A DNA stretch of 64,000 bases from positions 32,001 through 96,000 of the IMG/VR virus record IMGVR_UViG_2910013374_000001; one strand, 5' to 3'. The notes under the pieces were generated by a model. That model worked only from the letters and a program-made list of their open reading frames with translations, made no database searches and had not been told where the DNA came from. The position numbers and the translations under genes are program-made. Shown here piece after piece: positions 47,301 to 55,613 of the stretch. The stretch comes from a virus. Taxonomy: Duplodnaviria > Caudoviricetes. Positions within the stretch are counted from its first letter, which is position 1. Each line of letters starts with the position of its first letter.

Positions 47301-49362
47301 AGACATCGTCGATGGGGAGCTAGTTGACTCTTCACGATGTCAATCAGCAAGAAATAGTGCAGCGCAAGCTGATAAAAATCTACAGGACAACCTCGGATAT
47401 CAACGCCAGCTTTCGCAACAGTTAAGGAACACGATTTACAGGCCTGCGGAATTCAAACAGGTCAGGAAATGCCAGTGTTGCGTTGATGGCATGTGTCGTC
47501 CTGAGGATGAGTGCACCTACGGAACTTGCTACCTCTGCGTCAAGAAACCGTCCAGCTACTTCCGGGCAGCTCTTTACACATCTGTTCTAGAGACTGAAGT
47601 CTGTACAGGTTGCACTGACCTGAATGGAAACACCCCTGCTCCTGGCGGCTGCACTATCGGGGAATTGGGCGAGGGATATAGCGGTGGAACGAATTCCGTT
47701 TATTTCAGCAGCGAGGAAGGGGACTGTGTGAAATACCGCTGCGAGGATGGCATCTCATGGGTGGATGAGCTTTGCACTGGAACCAATACTTCTTGGTATG
47801 ACTACTGCTACGGATCAATCATTGGATGTGTCTTCTCCTGCCGTGACAATCCCAGCGGAGGCAACACCAGCTTCTACAACTATTGGAACGGTTGGAAATA
47901 TGACATCGACTGCTCAGAGGCGGGCACGTATGCCTACAACAAGAACACAGAAGGCGATGGTGCAGATCCAAAGAAAGGCATTCGACTAAGCAAACCTGAG
48001 GAGGATAAGTTCAAGACAGCTTGCGCTTATCCGAATCCGACCGGGTGTATCCAAGGTAATTGGCTCGTTAGATACACCTCCCTTGTTCAGATCCATCCCT
48101 GTTGCCATGAGGCAATCATCTATCACGAGTGCGATCCGGAGCATCCGAACTGCGCTGCAGGACTAGAGCTCCTGTTTGAAGCTGGCGACAAGACTGGGAT
48201 CTTGAAGCGTCTGGAGGCTCAGATCAAGGCTCTGGAGAGATATCTTGAAAACCTCGACGAGGTGACGGAGCAACTCAAAGATCTCAAGGATGTTACGGAC
48301 AGAGATATTGAGCAGCTTGAAAGAGATCTGGAAAATGCAGAGATTGATGATGACAAACTTGAAGATGATTTGATCAATGCGGAGGGCTTTATTCCACAGA
48401 TTGAGGCCGATATAAAAAATCAAGAGCCCAAGGTTGAGAGTGCTACAGAGAAGCGAGATGAAGAATCAGAACAGCTTGAGGAGAGCAAGGATAAGATTGA
48501 AGAGTTGTCGATCGAGAAGGACGAACTAACAGAAGTGCTGACTATTCTCGAAGAAGACTTGGAGAACGCTCAGTCCAACAAAAATAGTTCTAAAGCAGCG
48601 GCGGAACGCAAACGGAAGGAACTAATAAAGTTGAAGAATCAGCTAGCTATTCTTGGTCAAACAATTGTTGACTACGGCTGCGAATGTCCAGGCGATTCCG
48701 ATTGCGGCGAGCTTCCCAATGCTGACAGTCTTGAATGCTTCAATCTCCTGGAGGAACGTGAAGCATTGGAGATTCGGGCTGATGAAGTTGAATCAGAAAA
48801 GGATTTTCTAGAAGGTGAACGAGATTCCTATGCGGATGAGGAAGCAGAAATCAAAGTTGAAATAAAGCCGATCAAAGATGAAATCAAGGAGCTCGAAAAG
48901 AAAATCAGCATAGAGCAGAGAAACTATCAAGTTTATTACAAGATTCTTGCCGATGCTCAGTACAAGCTTGATGAGGCGATTGCCGAGCTTGGATCCCTCA
49001 ACAATGAACTCCTATCTACAAATCAAGAGGTCATCCGCCTCACTAAGCTTCTAGAAAGGGACGTGGTCCTCGACGAAGTTGGAGATATCGAGGAACAGAT
49101 TGCCAAGAAAGAAGAAATCCTTTCCAATATCGAAAACAGCAATCAAGAAATTGCAAACGAGAAGACCGAATCTGAATCAGAACTTTCTGCGAAAGAGTCT
49201 GAGTTCGACCGCTTGAAAGATGAGCTCGATGTCCCTGTTGTTCCCGAAGCCTCTGGCCCTCCTGCGGAAGGGAAGACCATGAAGGAGCTCAACGAGGAGT
49301 ACAAGGAGGTGATTGAGGAAGATAAGAAGAAGGGAGAGGACAAGTGGTATCCAGGGCGCTAG
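41326..49362 (+). CDS. Giant cysteine-rich repeat protein with C-terminal coiled coil
   Basis: 2678 aa; dozens of CxxDxDCxxGxxCxxGxC repeats; about 350-aa acidic heptad region. Confidence 0.9.
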   Translation: MSTERDLLNDLLRIQGEIRAMEQEEYELSYEEPDPGQRHGGIDGSDTYEQRSGLNYTDSSPASIPPGTLIVESPADDPGGLIFADHPRPQKNKDGSWTDAPCTNGVSCAGSDFCYSDYECDRCSQCVNSQCVEIDPNRPCNSNADCPCAPSEDQSYVCENTQCKLTCAETPDCPLGQACNLDSFLCEPGCESDDACDPSSSNAAPDAKSNSICVNFECVRPCEPDLICKGPNDTTTCPEGSYCGERVGKAQGDGDGEIYACLDGCSKNEQCQPEIFTERCDTDVDPDCSDKSYAYETFCVDNSCVRPCNGNEDCPTDFGYGCVAGICESIGFICVGDGDCGDGEYCNGDGRCSSGCTGDIDCRKECPALSECVSTCPPEPSCSCLTIYGEDSLCDPNDDSWKQFCERDPACLGRCPRDPGCLESFNPNAVCDQNTCITPCPCEEGYKCEEVEGRSPRCVSVTSRSTIEKCWEWTEETVDADGNIEIVEFRECAFISPKLDEDFYGCECGELCTKQGTCAPGVCSVDSDCESCSYCDDGVCVPGCDSENPCAAGKCCQNDGKCHLLCGSDSDCPDPEMCLAGGCCGIACEPIVTCNQKSDCPEGSYCSGAGICEAGCQEQSDCENGEICFQFGCEQSCGAGCLDGTICGPDGFCISTPKPPCSNDNDCTDGICLDGSCNSNGCRTDSECGRYGICSGQTCTNYCLDDAECASLNTETEDSRCQRDTGSQEEIRQRYERLKWMEANGQNPDPQELQRYTALFNNLTKAGKCALQPSGIDSPDGRTGCECYENCDEQGRCSRSVCANTGDCECGDCLTDNKCGYCRRDQDCKNSQVCDIAEGESDGVCATPCIPASPCGSDGDCPADSYCRPDAFGRTEEEGGGAQCTQGCRSDASCLPGQKCYDNRCLPTCSSGSDCNTDTELCLRGVCVEVGYSCLSDSDCPSSEGWCLNGYCAEDIRCSGDEDCSSSEVCNPATSMCEQGDRCSSSSDCKRTCESDLDCGNKQCESAADCTEPGQTCKQFGSVGICVGGSDYGACSSGLCIGGSSDNRYCDTRGVCQQGEACNSDSDCNFPKSCYNGGCQFKRRCNGDSQCQQGEFCDAGFCAGDNRCDGDYDCVEGYACNQSGRCFNDDQRVTAIEIGCEDCQICNPTTFRCGNEVCPGDGDNGDNGDECLSDSDCEAGKCVCDGSGEDRSCQCIECRNDQDCADAYGSGDLVCVENVCETPCYTGLSTGDCFTGLFYGDTCGNCPDKCPGNAVCTEVDKVCGTYEIFVEGKAYTRPILCKECVGNCQADSDCPDDSICSNSGATSGQCVSFDGTCDTDLDCQRFNSKFGESMYCMNNKCEVGETCIGSSDCSGQELCGGEGFCRKGVCLEDEDCGGGRTCVFGACEFTCEVQALVCECSLDPYSPGILCPEGYNCNCDTNLCSREGYPGIEPTMDAESCPSGTFCDTARKGCRPFIQGQLECFTDAGCFGAKTCEKGLCVSRDEFGEEVPDPDLGDNRDNAKAADNCEPLDKCCNDEGFCDDCPCDDEHPCQEGCCDPESGLCIDFNEHPQTELGAPESCTFGEVYCEVLGPEGDPLDVVVLGKGKGYQGCEFVYEDEDGIPLKDGERRKVCWSGADLSSAQTYKLLVQECKAEQEEDKECECDEVPPEEDECFRNKDCGNCMVCRSKTWQSTPCCPVADEAGNDSVTRNLCRAVNGTFEEEAPDEDEECGCLSASDCGPCEACNFNGLNGEEGRCVAKCEELCPDGGELSTGGKCPTCEERFGKCVEGVSATVKPAGVDPETGQAVPAVTKSTCQVKDANQCCSGFSTPEEAGKKRDSCELKTETDQNGNLETIEVPWCIDFDAGICAGCTEDSHCSGNKTCRGYQCVVQCGQENAVDPEAGDCSCCTDDGQCKELYENWTESRASGDEGQTRPCSCTQNGIDCAPYQEAESCYAWVRVDGGEGGDGDQAKADRDKNLEQLDEYEKQEPLLRFDLEDALAAVPDACINQDIVDGELVDSSRCQSARNSAAQADKNLQDNLGYQRQLSQQLRNTIYRPAEFKQVRKCQCCVDGMCRPEDECTYGTCYLCVKKPSSYFRAALYTSVLETEVCTGCTDLNGNTPAPGGCTIGELGEGYSGGTNSVYFSSEEGDCVKYRCEDGISWVDELCTGTNTSWYDYCYGSIIGCVFSCRDNPSGGNTSFYNYWNGWKYDIDCSEAGTYAYNKNTEGDGADPKKGIRLSKPEEDKFKTACAYPNPTGCIQGNWLVRYTSLVQIHPCCHEAIIYHECDPEHPNCAAGLELLFEAGDKTGILKRLEAQIKALERYLENLDEVTEQLKDLKDVTDRDIEQLERDLENAEIDDDKLEDDLINAEGFIPQIEADIKNQEPKVESATEKRDEESEQLEESKDKIEELSIEKDELTEVLTILEEDLENAQSNKNSSKAAAERKRKELIKLKNQLAILGQTIVDYGCECPGDSDCGELPNADSLECFNLLEEREALEIRADEVESEKDFLEGERDSYADEEAEIKVEIKPIKDEIKELEKKISIEQRNYQVYYKILADAQYKLDEAIAELGSLNNELLSTNQEVIRLTKLLERDVVLDEVGDIEEQIAKKEEILSNIENSNQEIANEKTESESELSAKESEFDRLKDELDVPVVPEASGPPAEGKTMKELNEEYKEVIEEDKKKGEDKWYPGR

Positions 49363-49398
49363 TGGGTCGGAACACTCAGGCGCTTCTGACTCGTTTCC

Positions 49399-49959
49399 AT
49401 GCAGACCCCTGATTGGACTCACTTCCGCTCAGCGGACACCGACCCCGCCGGCCCCGCATGTCTGCTTGCGACCAGCTTCAGCTTGAGCGAACTACCTAAG
49501 AACTACATCTGGACAATTGGCTATATCGGCCAATGGCTTGGCCCTGAAGAGGCTGAGATCAACGCGCAGGTCAAGTCCTATTCAAGGGAGTACTTGATCC
49601 AGAGGGCTGAGGAGCTTGAGTCCAAAAAGAACGAAGCAGTGCAGAAGCAGCAACAGCTAGAAGCATTGCGACAACAGAGAAACAGCGAGCTGGACCGCCT
49701 CACCAAAGCGAACCTCGGTTTCAAAGATGAAGATGCCATCAAGCAGAGGGTCGAAGCGGGTCCGTTGAAGATGGCTCGAAGCCTGGTGAAGTCGGCCGCT
49801 GACCTGGCGACGGGCGGTGTTACCGATCCAACCGCTCGGATGGAGATCTGCAACACCTGCCCTTTCAAGGGTGACGATCAACGCTGCGGCAAGTGTGGCT
49901 GCTTCTTACCTGCCAAGACCAGGGTCAAGAAATCAAGCTGCCCGATCGGCCGTTGGTAG
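49399..49959 (+). CDS. Coiled-coil protein with C-terminal DUF6171-like Cys domain
   Basis: RMEICNTC...RCGKCGCFL..K......CPIGRW. Confidence 0.8.
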   Translation: MQTPDWTHFRSADTDPAGPACLLATSFSLSELPKNYIWTIGYIGQWLGPEEAEINAQVKSYSREYLIQRAEELESKKNEAVQKQQQLEALRQQRNSELDRLTKANLGFKDEDAIKQRVEAGPLKMARSLVKSAADLATGGVTDPTARMEICNTCPFKGDDQRCGKCGCFLPAKTRVKKSSCPIGRW

Positions 49960-49997
49960 GCGCGGAACCCTAGGCGGATTCTTGGTTCCAGACGGTT

Positions 49998-52900
49998 GTG
50001 GCAAAGCTCGATCAGATACTCCTGAAGACGAGCAACCTGAGCCAGAGGGATCTGATAGATACCCTCGAAGGTAGAGGGAGAGATAGTCGAAATAGAATTG
50101 AAAAAGGCGAGACCGTTCTTCGCTATACCGGTGCTGGCAGGCTCGGCCCGGAAGGCGAGACGGTAAACGAGTCCCCTGGTCAAGTCGAATTCTGGACAGT
50201 CAACGACAGCGAGGAAGCTGTTCAGATCTACGTGGATTTCGGAGCTGAGATTCCGCCTTGGTCGACCTCCGAGCTGCAAGAAGCCAGCATCGGTCTCCTG
50301 AAGGACGTCGACATCCTCGATGGCGCCAGCGGCGGCGAGCTATTGCTGCAAGCTGGCAAGGTTCTCACCTGGGACGGCGCCAAGCTTGTGCTGCGCGATC
50401 CACCAGGGGTAGGGGAAGGCGCCAAGATCCTTGAGTCCCTGAACAATGTTGGTGACGTCAACTATGGCTTTTACGCAATATCCCTGAACAAGTTTGGACC
50501 TGAGGGTGGCGACATTCTCCTCTACAAGTTCAACAACCTGTCCTCAAAATATGAATGGGCACCGACCAAGTTTGAGATCGATCTGTTCGATGAATTCACG
50601 ACCCGGAATCGGTTTCTCGTCTTCAACAGGACTGTCCACAAGGGCATCGAGTTTGGGAATCTCACATCTACTGCGACGTCATCTGCGCGTTTCTCGGACG
50701 CTGGCGGGGCATCCATGCTCTTCAACCAGTACAGAGGTAGGAATCTCAGCAACCGAATCCATGGCGTCGAAGCCAGTTCTTTCGGTTCCATCAATCTGTC
50801 AGTCCGAGACGGTGAAGACATCGTCATCAAACTTGGGGATGGCTATGCAAACAATGAAGGAAAACCTGGCGCTCTTAGATACGAGCGGATCGATGATGTT
50901 CCTTTAACTATTACTGACGAGAGATACTTCGCCACGCTCAAGCACGTCAATCAAGCGATACGTGATTCGGACCTTAACTTCCTCAACAACGTCAATGACA
51001 CTGGGATCATTCAGGGACAGGTTTTGTCCTGGGATGCGATCAGACAGGAATACATCCCAACATCGGGGATCGCTCCAGACCTTTCTCAGGCTTCGATCGA
51101 GAGCCTCGAAGACGTCAATGCTCAAGCCAAGGGTCGCGGCAAGCCCCTGACCTGGAACGACACAGATAACACTTGGATCCCTGAGACTTTGAGGTCGAGA
51201 GATCTTGAGTGGGACTACAACCCAGAAGGTTTTGGCAATGGGGTTTTCTCAGAAGATGATCCTCTTGGAGAGGGTTATTGCGAAGAATGCAAGGAAGAGA
51301 CTCTCGGCCAATTCACGGTTGCCAGAAACAAGGCTTATGTCTGCCTGAGAACTAGAGATCTCAATTCCAGTACGGGGAATTTCGAATCCACCTATGACTG
51401 GGTCAAGATCCTGGTCGACGGCTACAACCTGACCGAAAATCGCCGTCAATACGCTCCGAACGAGTACAGGCAGGCCTATGGCTTCGAGAAGCGAAGGGAT
51501 GCCCTTTCTCCGGCTGCCTACGAGGGAACTCTTGGATCGCTAGCCAACGTCAGTACTGCTGACGTTTTCCCAGGTGCTGCTCCTATCTACAACGCCTCGA
51601 CGTCCTCCTTCGAGATGGGCTTCCCGGCTCTAGACCTGCAGAGCTATTCGGTAGGAGCGCTCGGCGATGTCAATCTCACCGGCGCTGGTGTGGGCTACGG
51701 ACTGCTGTGGAACGGCGAGCAGTGGTACGCCAGCAGCCTGGACCAGAAAGTACGACTTGATGATCTTCAGGATGTTCAATTTGGATCCTTAGGTGTTACC
51801 AACACCAAGATGGTTGCGGCGTTCATGCTTACGGACTCCCCGGCACTTGGCCCTACTTTTGTTTACAACCAAGACGTCTCTACGACCCTCGCTGTTTCGA
51901 CTCCAAAGGACAGCTACTTCCCAGGTTCCACGGCCTACGCCCGCTGGGGAGAAAATGCTTTTGGTGGTGGTCAAGCTCCTACTCAAGGTGGAACCTATTT
52001 CTTCAACTGGAGATCTCAGCCACCGATGTCAGTGGCCGAGATTCTTGACCTCTACATTCGCTGGCCGAAGGACAACTCCTGGCAGACGATCGACGGTGAT
52101 GGTGTCATCGAGCTGTACTTCTATCCAACGCAGCTCCTCGACACCAGGACACTTTTCCGTCGCGTTTCTCTGCTCCCAGGCACCGGCGGCTACATCCTGC
52201 AACTCGATCAGACAGGCGCCTTGCGCTTTGCCGTGTCAGCACCTTCCGGCGAGATTGGCTTCACGATTTCAACGGTTTCCAACTTCATCTCGACTAACAA
52301 CTGGCACCACGTCGCTCTTGTTAAAGAGGGAGCATCCAACAGGATGTATGTCGACGGGGATCTTGTAGGCGAGGCCCTAAGCACCACCCCTTGGACAGGT
52401 GACGACATGTTCGTCATGGGTCGGAACGACCTCGATGACAACAATGTTCTGACGCATCATTTCTTCCGTGGTGTCATGTCTGACCTGAGGGTCACCAAAG
52501 GACGCAGCAAATACAGCGGAAACTCTTATTCGCAGCCTGCATCAATCGAAGCTGAGATTATTGACACCACCCCGAATGCTGGCGATTTTCTTAGTTACGA
52601 CGGCACAAGGTGGACCAATGTTTCTGGCGTTGAGGGCGACATCAGCAACAAGTCGATCAATGAACTTGCAGATGTAGATACCGGCACCAACGACCCAGCA
52701 CAGGGTGATGCCTTGGTCTGGACTGGCGCAGCCTGGGAGCCTGGCATTCCTGGCATTGGCGCCACGTGGTCGTTGAACGACATGACAGATGTCGAGACCT
52801 TCTATCAATCAGGAACTCCTTCGATTCGCTTCTCTCAGGCCGAGAAGCTCAATTTCAGCAATGCCTTCAATGCAAGTGATGACGGGGGCTCGATAAGCCA

Positions 52901-55613
52901 GGCCCGCCAGGGGAACCAGTCCTTCGGGATTGTGACCCAGTGGAACGACTGCAGTCATGTGTGCGGGTCAGGAAGCCCCTGCGGGAACGACGGCCCGTAC
53001 GCCAACGGCAGCACTTCTTACATCATGCCCACGAACAAGGGGCAGGTGATCGTCCGAGCTGAGCGGATGACGATCTCCAACGTCTTCCAGGATTGCAAGC
53101 TCGTTCCAGACACTTATCACGAGGATGCCCTTCACTACGCCGGTTGCCCCGATCGAGGAGAAAGTGATGGAAATGATCTTCCAGGAACCGTTCCGGAGAC
53201 CTATATCCCCGCCTGGGGTGTCATCCAGGACCACGTTGACGAGATCCTGCCCTACGGCAAGCTCCGCCAGCTAGGCGATGTCGCGGCGACGCTTCCCACC
53301 CTTGGTCAAGCCCTGGCATGGAATGGTGTCGAGTGGGCTCCTACCAGCACGATCGCTGCAGATGTCTCGAATAACGAGCTGAATGATCTGGGCAATGTTG
53401 ATTGCTTAAGCGCTGTTCTCGACGACTTCCTGGTTTACGACGGTCAGTCCTGGAGGAATACACCCTTCAATGTGCAACTCCGTGATCTCACGGACATGAG
53501 CGTTGAACGGTTCTATGTCGACGAACCGTTCAATACAACGAACATGAGGAATCCGCCTCGTGTCATCAACAACGTTGACCAGAACGATCGACTCAGTGAT
53601 GGGCTCATCTCAAGTGGATACAGAGGGATGCAGTGGGCCGGTGGTGCATCGGTCGCCACTCACGAAAACAAGACCACAACTCTTACCTCGGGCAAACAGA
53701 CAGGAACCCAGGTGCCGAATTGGACCTGGATCGAGCTGAATTCGTATTTCATACGCTTTGCCGGACATGGCCAGAACTGGGGAAGCCAGGGCTTACTGAT
53801 CGGTGACAACCTGCTGATCAGGTACGAGAACCAAAACCGCGACCTCAATGACTATGGGCTTTTTGATGTAGCACCTAAAGGCGTTCTAGTCGATTACATC
53901 GACCTTGGACTAGCGAACCTTGACTTGTCACCAAATACGCTCGAGCAGCTCGGAAACGTCGATACCGCTGGAAAGGCTCCGGGCTATGCCCTTGTCTGGG
54001 ATGGCACCAATTGGTCAGCTTCTCAAGGGGTAGCTGTTGACGTCAGCCTTACTTCTGTTGGCGAACTTCGTGACGTCACCAAGACTGAGAATTCAGATCT
54101 AAGTACAAACGATGGGGTTCTGAGTTTTGATGTCGGCGAATTGCGCACGAATGCACCGCAAGAAAACCTTGGCGGCATCGAACTCACCAATGAGAACCGG
54201 ACAGCACGGATCGGATGGTCTGGAGTCTGGGGCGGTTCTCCGATCATGGCCAACTCGGCCTATTCCTTGCTTCCTTCTTTTGTCCGCGTCCAAGAGCTGG
54301 AAATCCAGGTTCAAGCAGCTGGTGGTCTCCGTTACACCACCTCTCCTGGCTTAACCGACTCGACCATCCCTGCTTGGTCTCAGGTCAAGCAACAGATTGC
54401 AAGACAGGCGGCGGACTACACGGCGCTGTTCTTTATGGATGGCAACAGCTTCACTGAACGGAACTACGGCTGGCCGCTGGATGTTCAAGTCACGTCGCAG
54501 CCCAATCCGCAGTACTTCTCACCATTTGCTGATCAGTACTCATACAACCTGCGAAAAATCAACCAGGACAAGATCACGTGGTCCACTGATGATGGCGCTC
54601 CTTTCCTTTGGAACACCGACACGCTTTGGTCAATGGAGATGTGGGTTTTCATCTCCGCGTCAGATGCCAGCGATGGGAAGCTTGAGTACATCCTGGCGCC
54701 GAAAGATAGAGGCTCGGGGCAATCCAAAGGGCTTCATATCGGCCTCTGCGGGGATCAACGAAACCTCTTTTTCTTCACTCTTGACACTGCAAGCAATGAA
54801 AGTAACAGGCCCGCTAGCGGCTCTTTAACTGCTGAGGGCAACTTCGACGCTTGGAACCACGTTTATGTCGCGCACGAAGGTTCGGGCCGTCATCGCTTCT
54901 ATCTCAACGGCCAGCTTGTCAATACGATTCAGCGAAACAGTGCCTTCACGATGCCTGGAGGCCTGGCTTTTGGTGGCCAGGAAAATTCCAATGGTCAAAA
55001 CGCTAACGGCTATCTAAGCGCCGCTTTAGATGACATTCGATTCACCAAGGGCTGGCTTCCTTACGCCACTGACACAAGCAATGTCCCGGTCCCTGTTGAA
55101 CCGCTTCCCCCTGGTGCATGGAAAGCGGTCTTCGGCTCTCTTGACGCCTTGGAGGATGTCCAGTCCTCGGGGGCTTACGAGCCGTCCAACGGTCAGGTCC
55201 TGCAGTGGAACAACGTCGCTAAGGCTTGGAGGCCTGGACCTCTTGAAGCTGTCGCCTACGACGTCAGCTCCAACTCACTCACCGACCTCGTAGACGTCGA
55301 CACCACCAACTCGGTGCCCGACCAGGATGACGTTCTGCGCTGGGATGCTGCTCAAGCTGCCTGGCGTCGAAGCAAGGTCGATGGAAACGGAGGCATCACT
55401 CCCTTGGTGCAGCGAACTGCAACTCCTGGAGTTATCCCCAACCCTTCGATACTGAAGGCGGGTGAGCTGTTCTTGAACATGGCTGACCAAGTTCTCTACG
55501 CCCTGGACTCAGCTGGAGAGGCCTTCGCTTTTGCGACTGGTCAACTCGATGAGGACGGAATCCTCAGCGCAGTTGACACCACGTACGACCGCGTGGTCGG
55601 AGGAACCTTCTGA
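49998..55613 (+). CDS. Long tail fibre protein with two LamG/concanavalin-like domains
   Basis: Repeated L.DL.DV..G..L.W..W spacers; WHHVALVK..MYVDG and WNHVYVAH..FYLNG; C-terminal GELFLN domain and VVGGTF end. Confidence 0.85.
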   Translation: MAKLDQILLKTSNLSQRDLIDTLEGRGRDSRNRIEKGETVLRYTGAGRLGPEGETVNESPGQVEFWTVNDSEEAVQIYVDFGAEIPPWSTSELQEASIGLLKDVDILDGASGGELLLQAGKVLTWDGAKLVLRDPPGVGEGAKILESLNNVGDVNYGFYAISLNKFGPEGGDILLYKFNNLSSKYEWAPTKFEIDLFDEFTTRNRFLVFNRTVHKGIEFGNLTSTATSSARFSDAGGASMLFNQYRGRNLSNRIHGVEASSFGSINLSVRDGEDIVIKLGDGYANNEGKPGALRYERIDDVPLTITDERYFATLKHVNQAIRDSDLNFLNNVNDTGIIQGQVLSWDAIRQEYIPTSGIAPDLSQASIESLEDVNAQAKGRGKPLTWNDTDNTWIPETLRSRDLEWDYNPEGFGNGVFSEDDPLGEGYCEECKEETLGQFTVARNKAYVCLRTRDLNSSTGNFESTYDWVKILVDGYNLTENRRQYAPNEYRQAYGFEKRRDALSPAAYEGTLGSLANVSTADVFPGAAPIYNASTSSFEMGFPALDLQSYSVGALGDVNLTGAGVGYGLLWNGEQWYASSLDQKVRLDDLQDVQFGSLGVTNTKMVAAFMLTDSPALGPTFVYNQDVSTTLAVSTPKDSYFPGSTAYARWGENAFGGGQAPTQGGTYFFNWRSQPPMSVAEILDLYIRWPKDNSWQTIDGDGVIELYFYPTQLLDTRTLFRRVSLLPGTGGYILQLDQTGALRFAVSAPSGEIGFTISTVSNFISTNNWHHVALVKEGASNRMYVDGDLVGEALSTTPWTGDDMFVMGRNDLDDNNVLTHHFFRGVMSDLRVTKGRSKYSGNSYSQPASIEAEIIDTTPNAGDFLSYDGTRWTNVSGVEGDISNKSINELADVDTGTNDPAQGDALVWTGAAWEPGIPGIGATWSLNDMTDVETFYQSGTPSIRFSQAEKLNFSNAFNASDDGGSISQARQGNQSFGIVTQWNDCSHVCGSGSPCGNDGPYANGSTSYIMPTNKGQVIVRAERMTISNVFQDCKLVPDTYHEDALHYAGCPDRGESDGNDLPGTVPETYIPAWGVIQDHVDEILPYGKLRQLGDVAATLPTLGQALAWNGVEWAPTSTIAADVSNNELNDLGNVDCLSAVLDDFLVYDGQSWRNTPFNVQLRDLTDMSVERFYVDEPFNTTNMRNPPRVINNVDQNDRLSDGLISSGYRGMQWAGGASVATHENKTTTLTSGKQTGTQVPNWTWIELNSYFIRFAGHGQNWGSQGLLIGDNLLIRYENQNRDLNDYGLFDVAPKGVLVDYIDLGLANLDLSPNTLEQLGNVDTAGKAPGYALVWDGTNWSASQGVAVDVSLTSVGELRDVTKTENSDLSTNDGVLSFDVGELRTNAPQENLGGIELTNENRTARIGWSGVWGGSPIMANSAYSLLPSFVRVQELEIQVQAAGGLRYTTSPGLTDSTIPAWSQVKQQIARQAADYTALFFMDGNSFTERNYGWPLDVQVTSQPNPQYFSPFADQYSYNLRKINQDKITWSTDDGAPFLWNTDTLWSMEMWVFISASDASDGKLEYILAPKDRGSGQSKGLHIGLCGDQRNLFFFTLDTASNESNRPASGSLTAEGNFDAWNHVYVAHEGSGRHRFYLNGQLVNTIQRNSAFTMPGGLAFGGQENSNGQNANGYLSAALDDIRFTKGWLPYATDTSNVPVPVEPLPPGAWKAVFGSLDALEDVQSSGAYEPSNGQVLQWNNVAKAWRPGPLEAVAYDVSSNSLTDLVDVDTTNSVPDQDDVLRWDAAQAAWRRSKVDGNGGITPLVQRTATPGVIPNPSILKAGELFLNMADQVLYALDSAGEAFAFATGQLDEDGILSAVDTTYDRVVGGTF

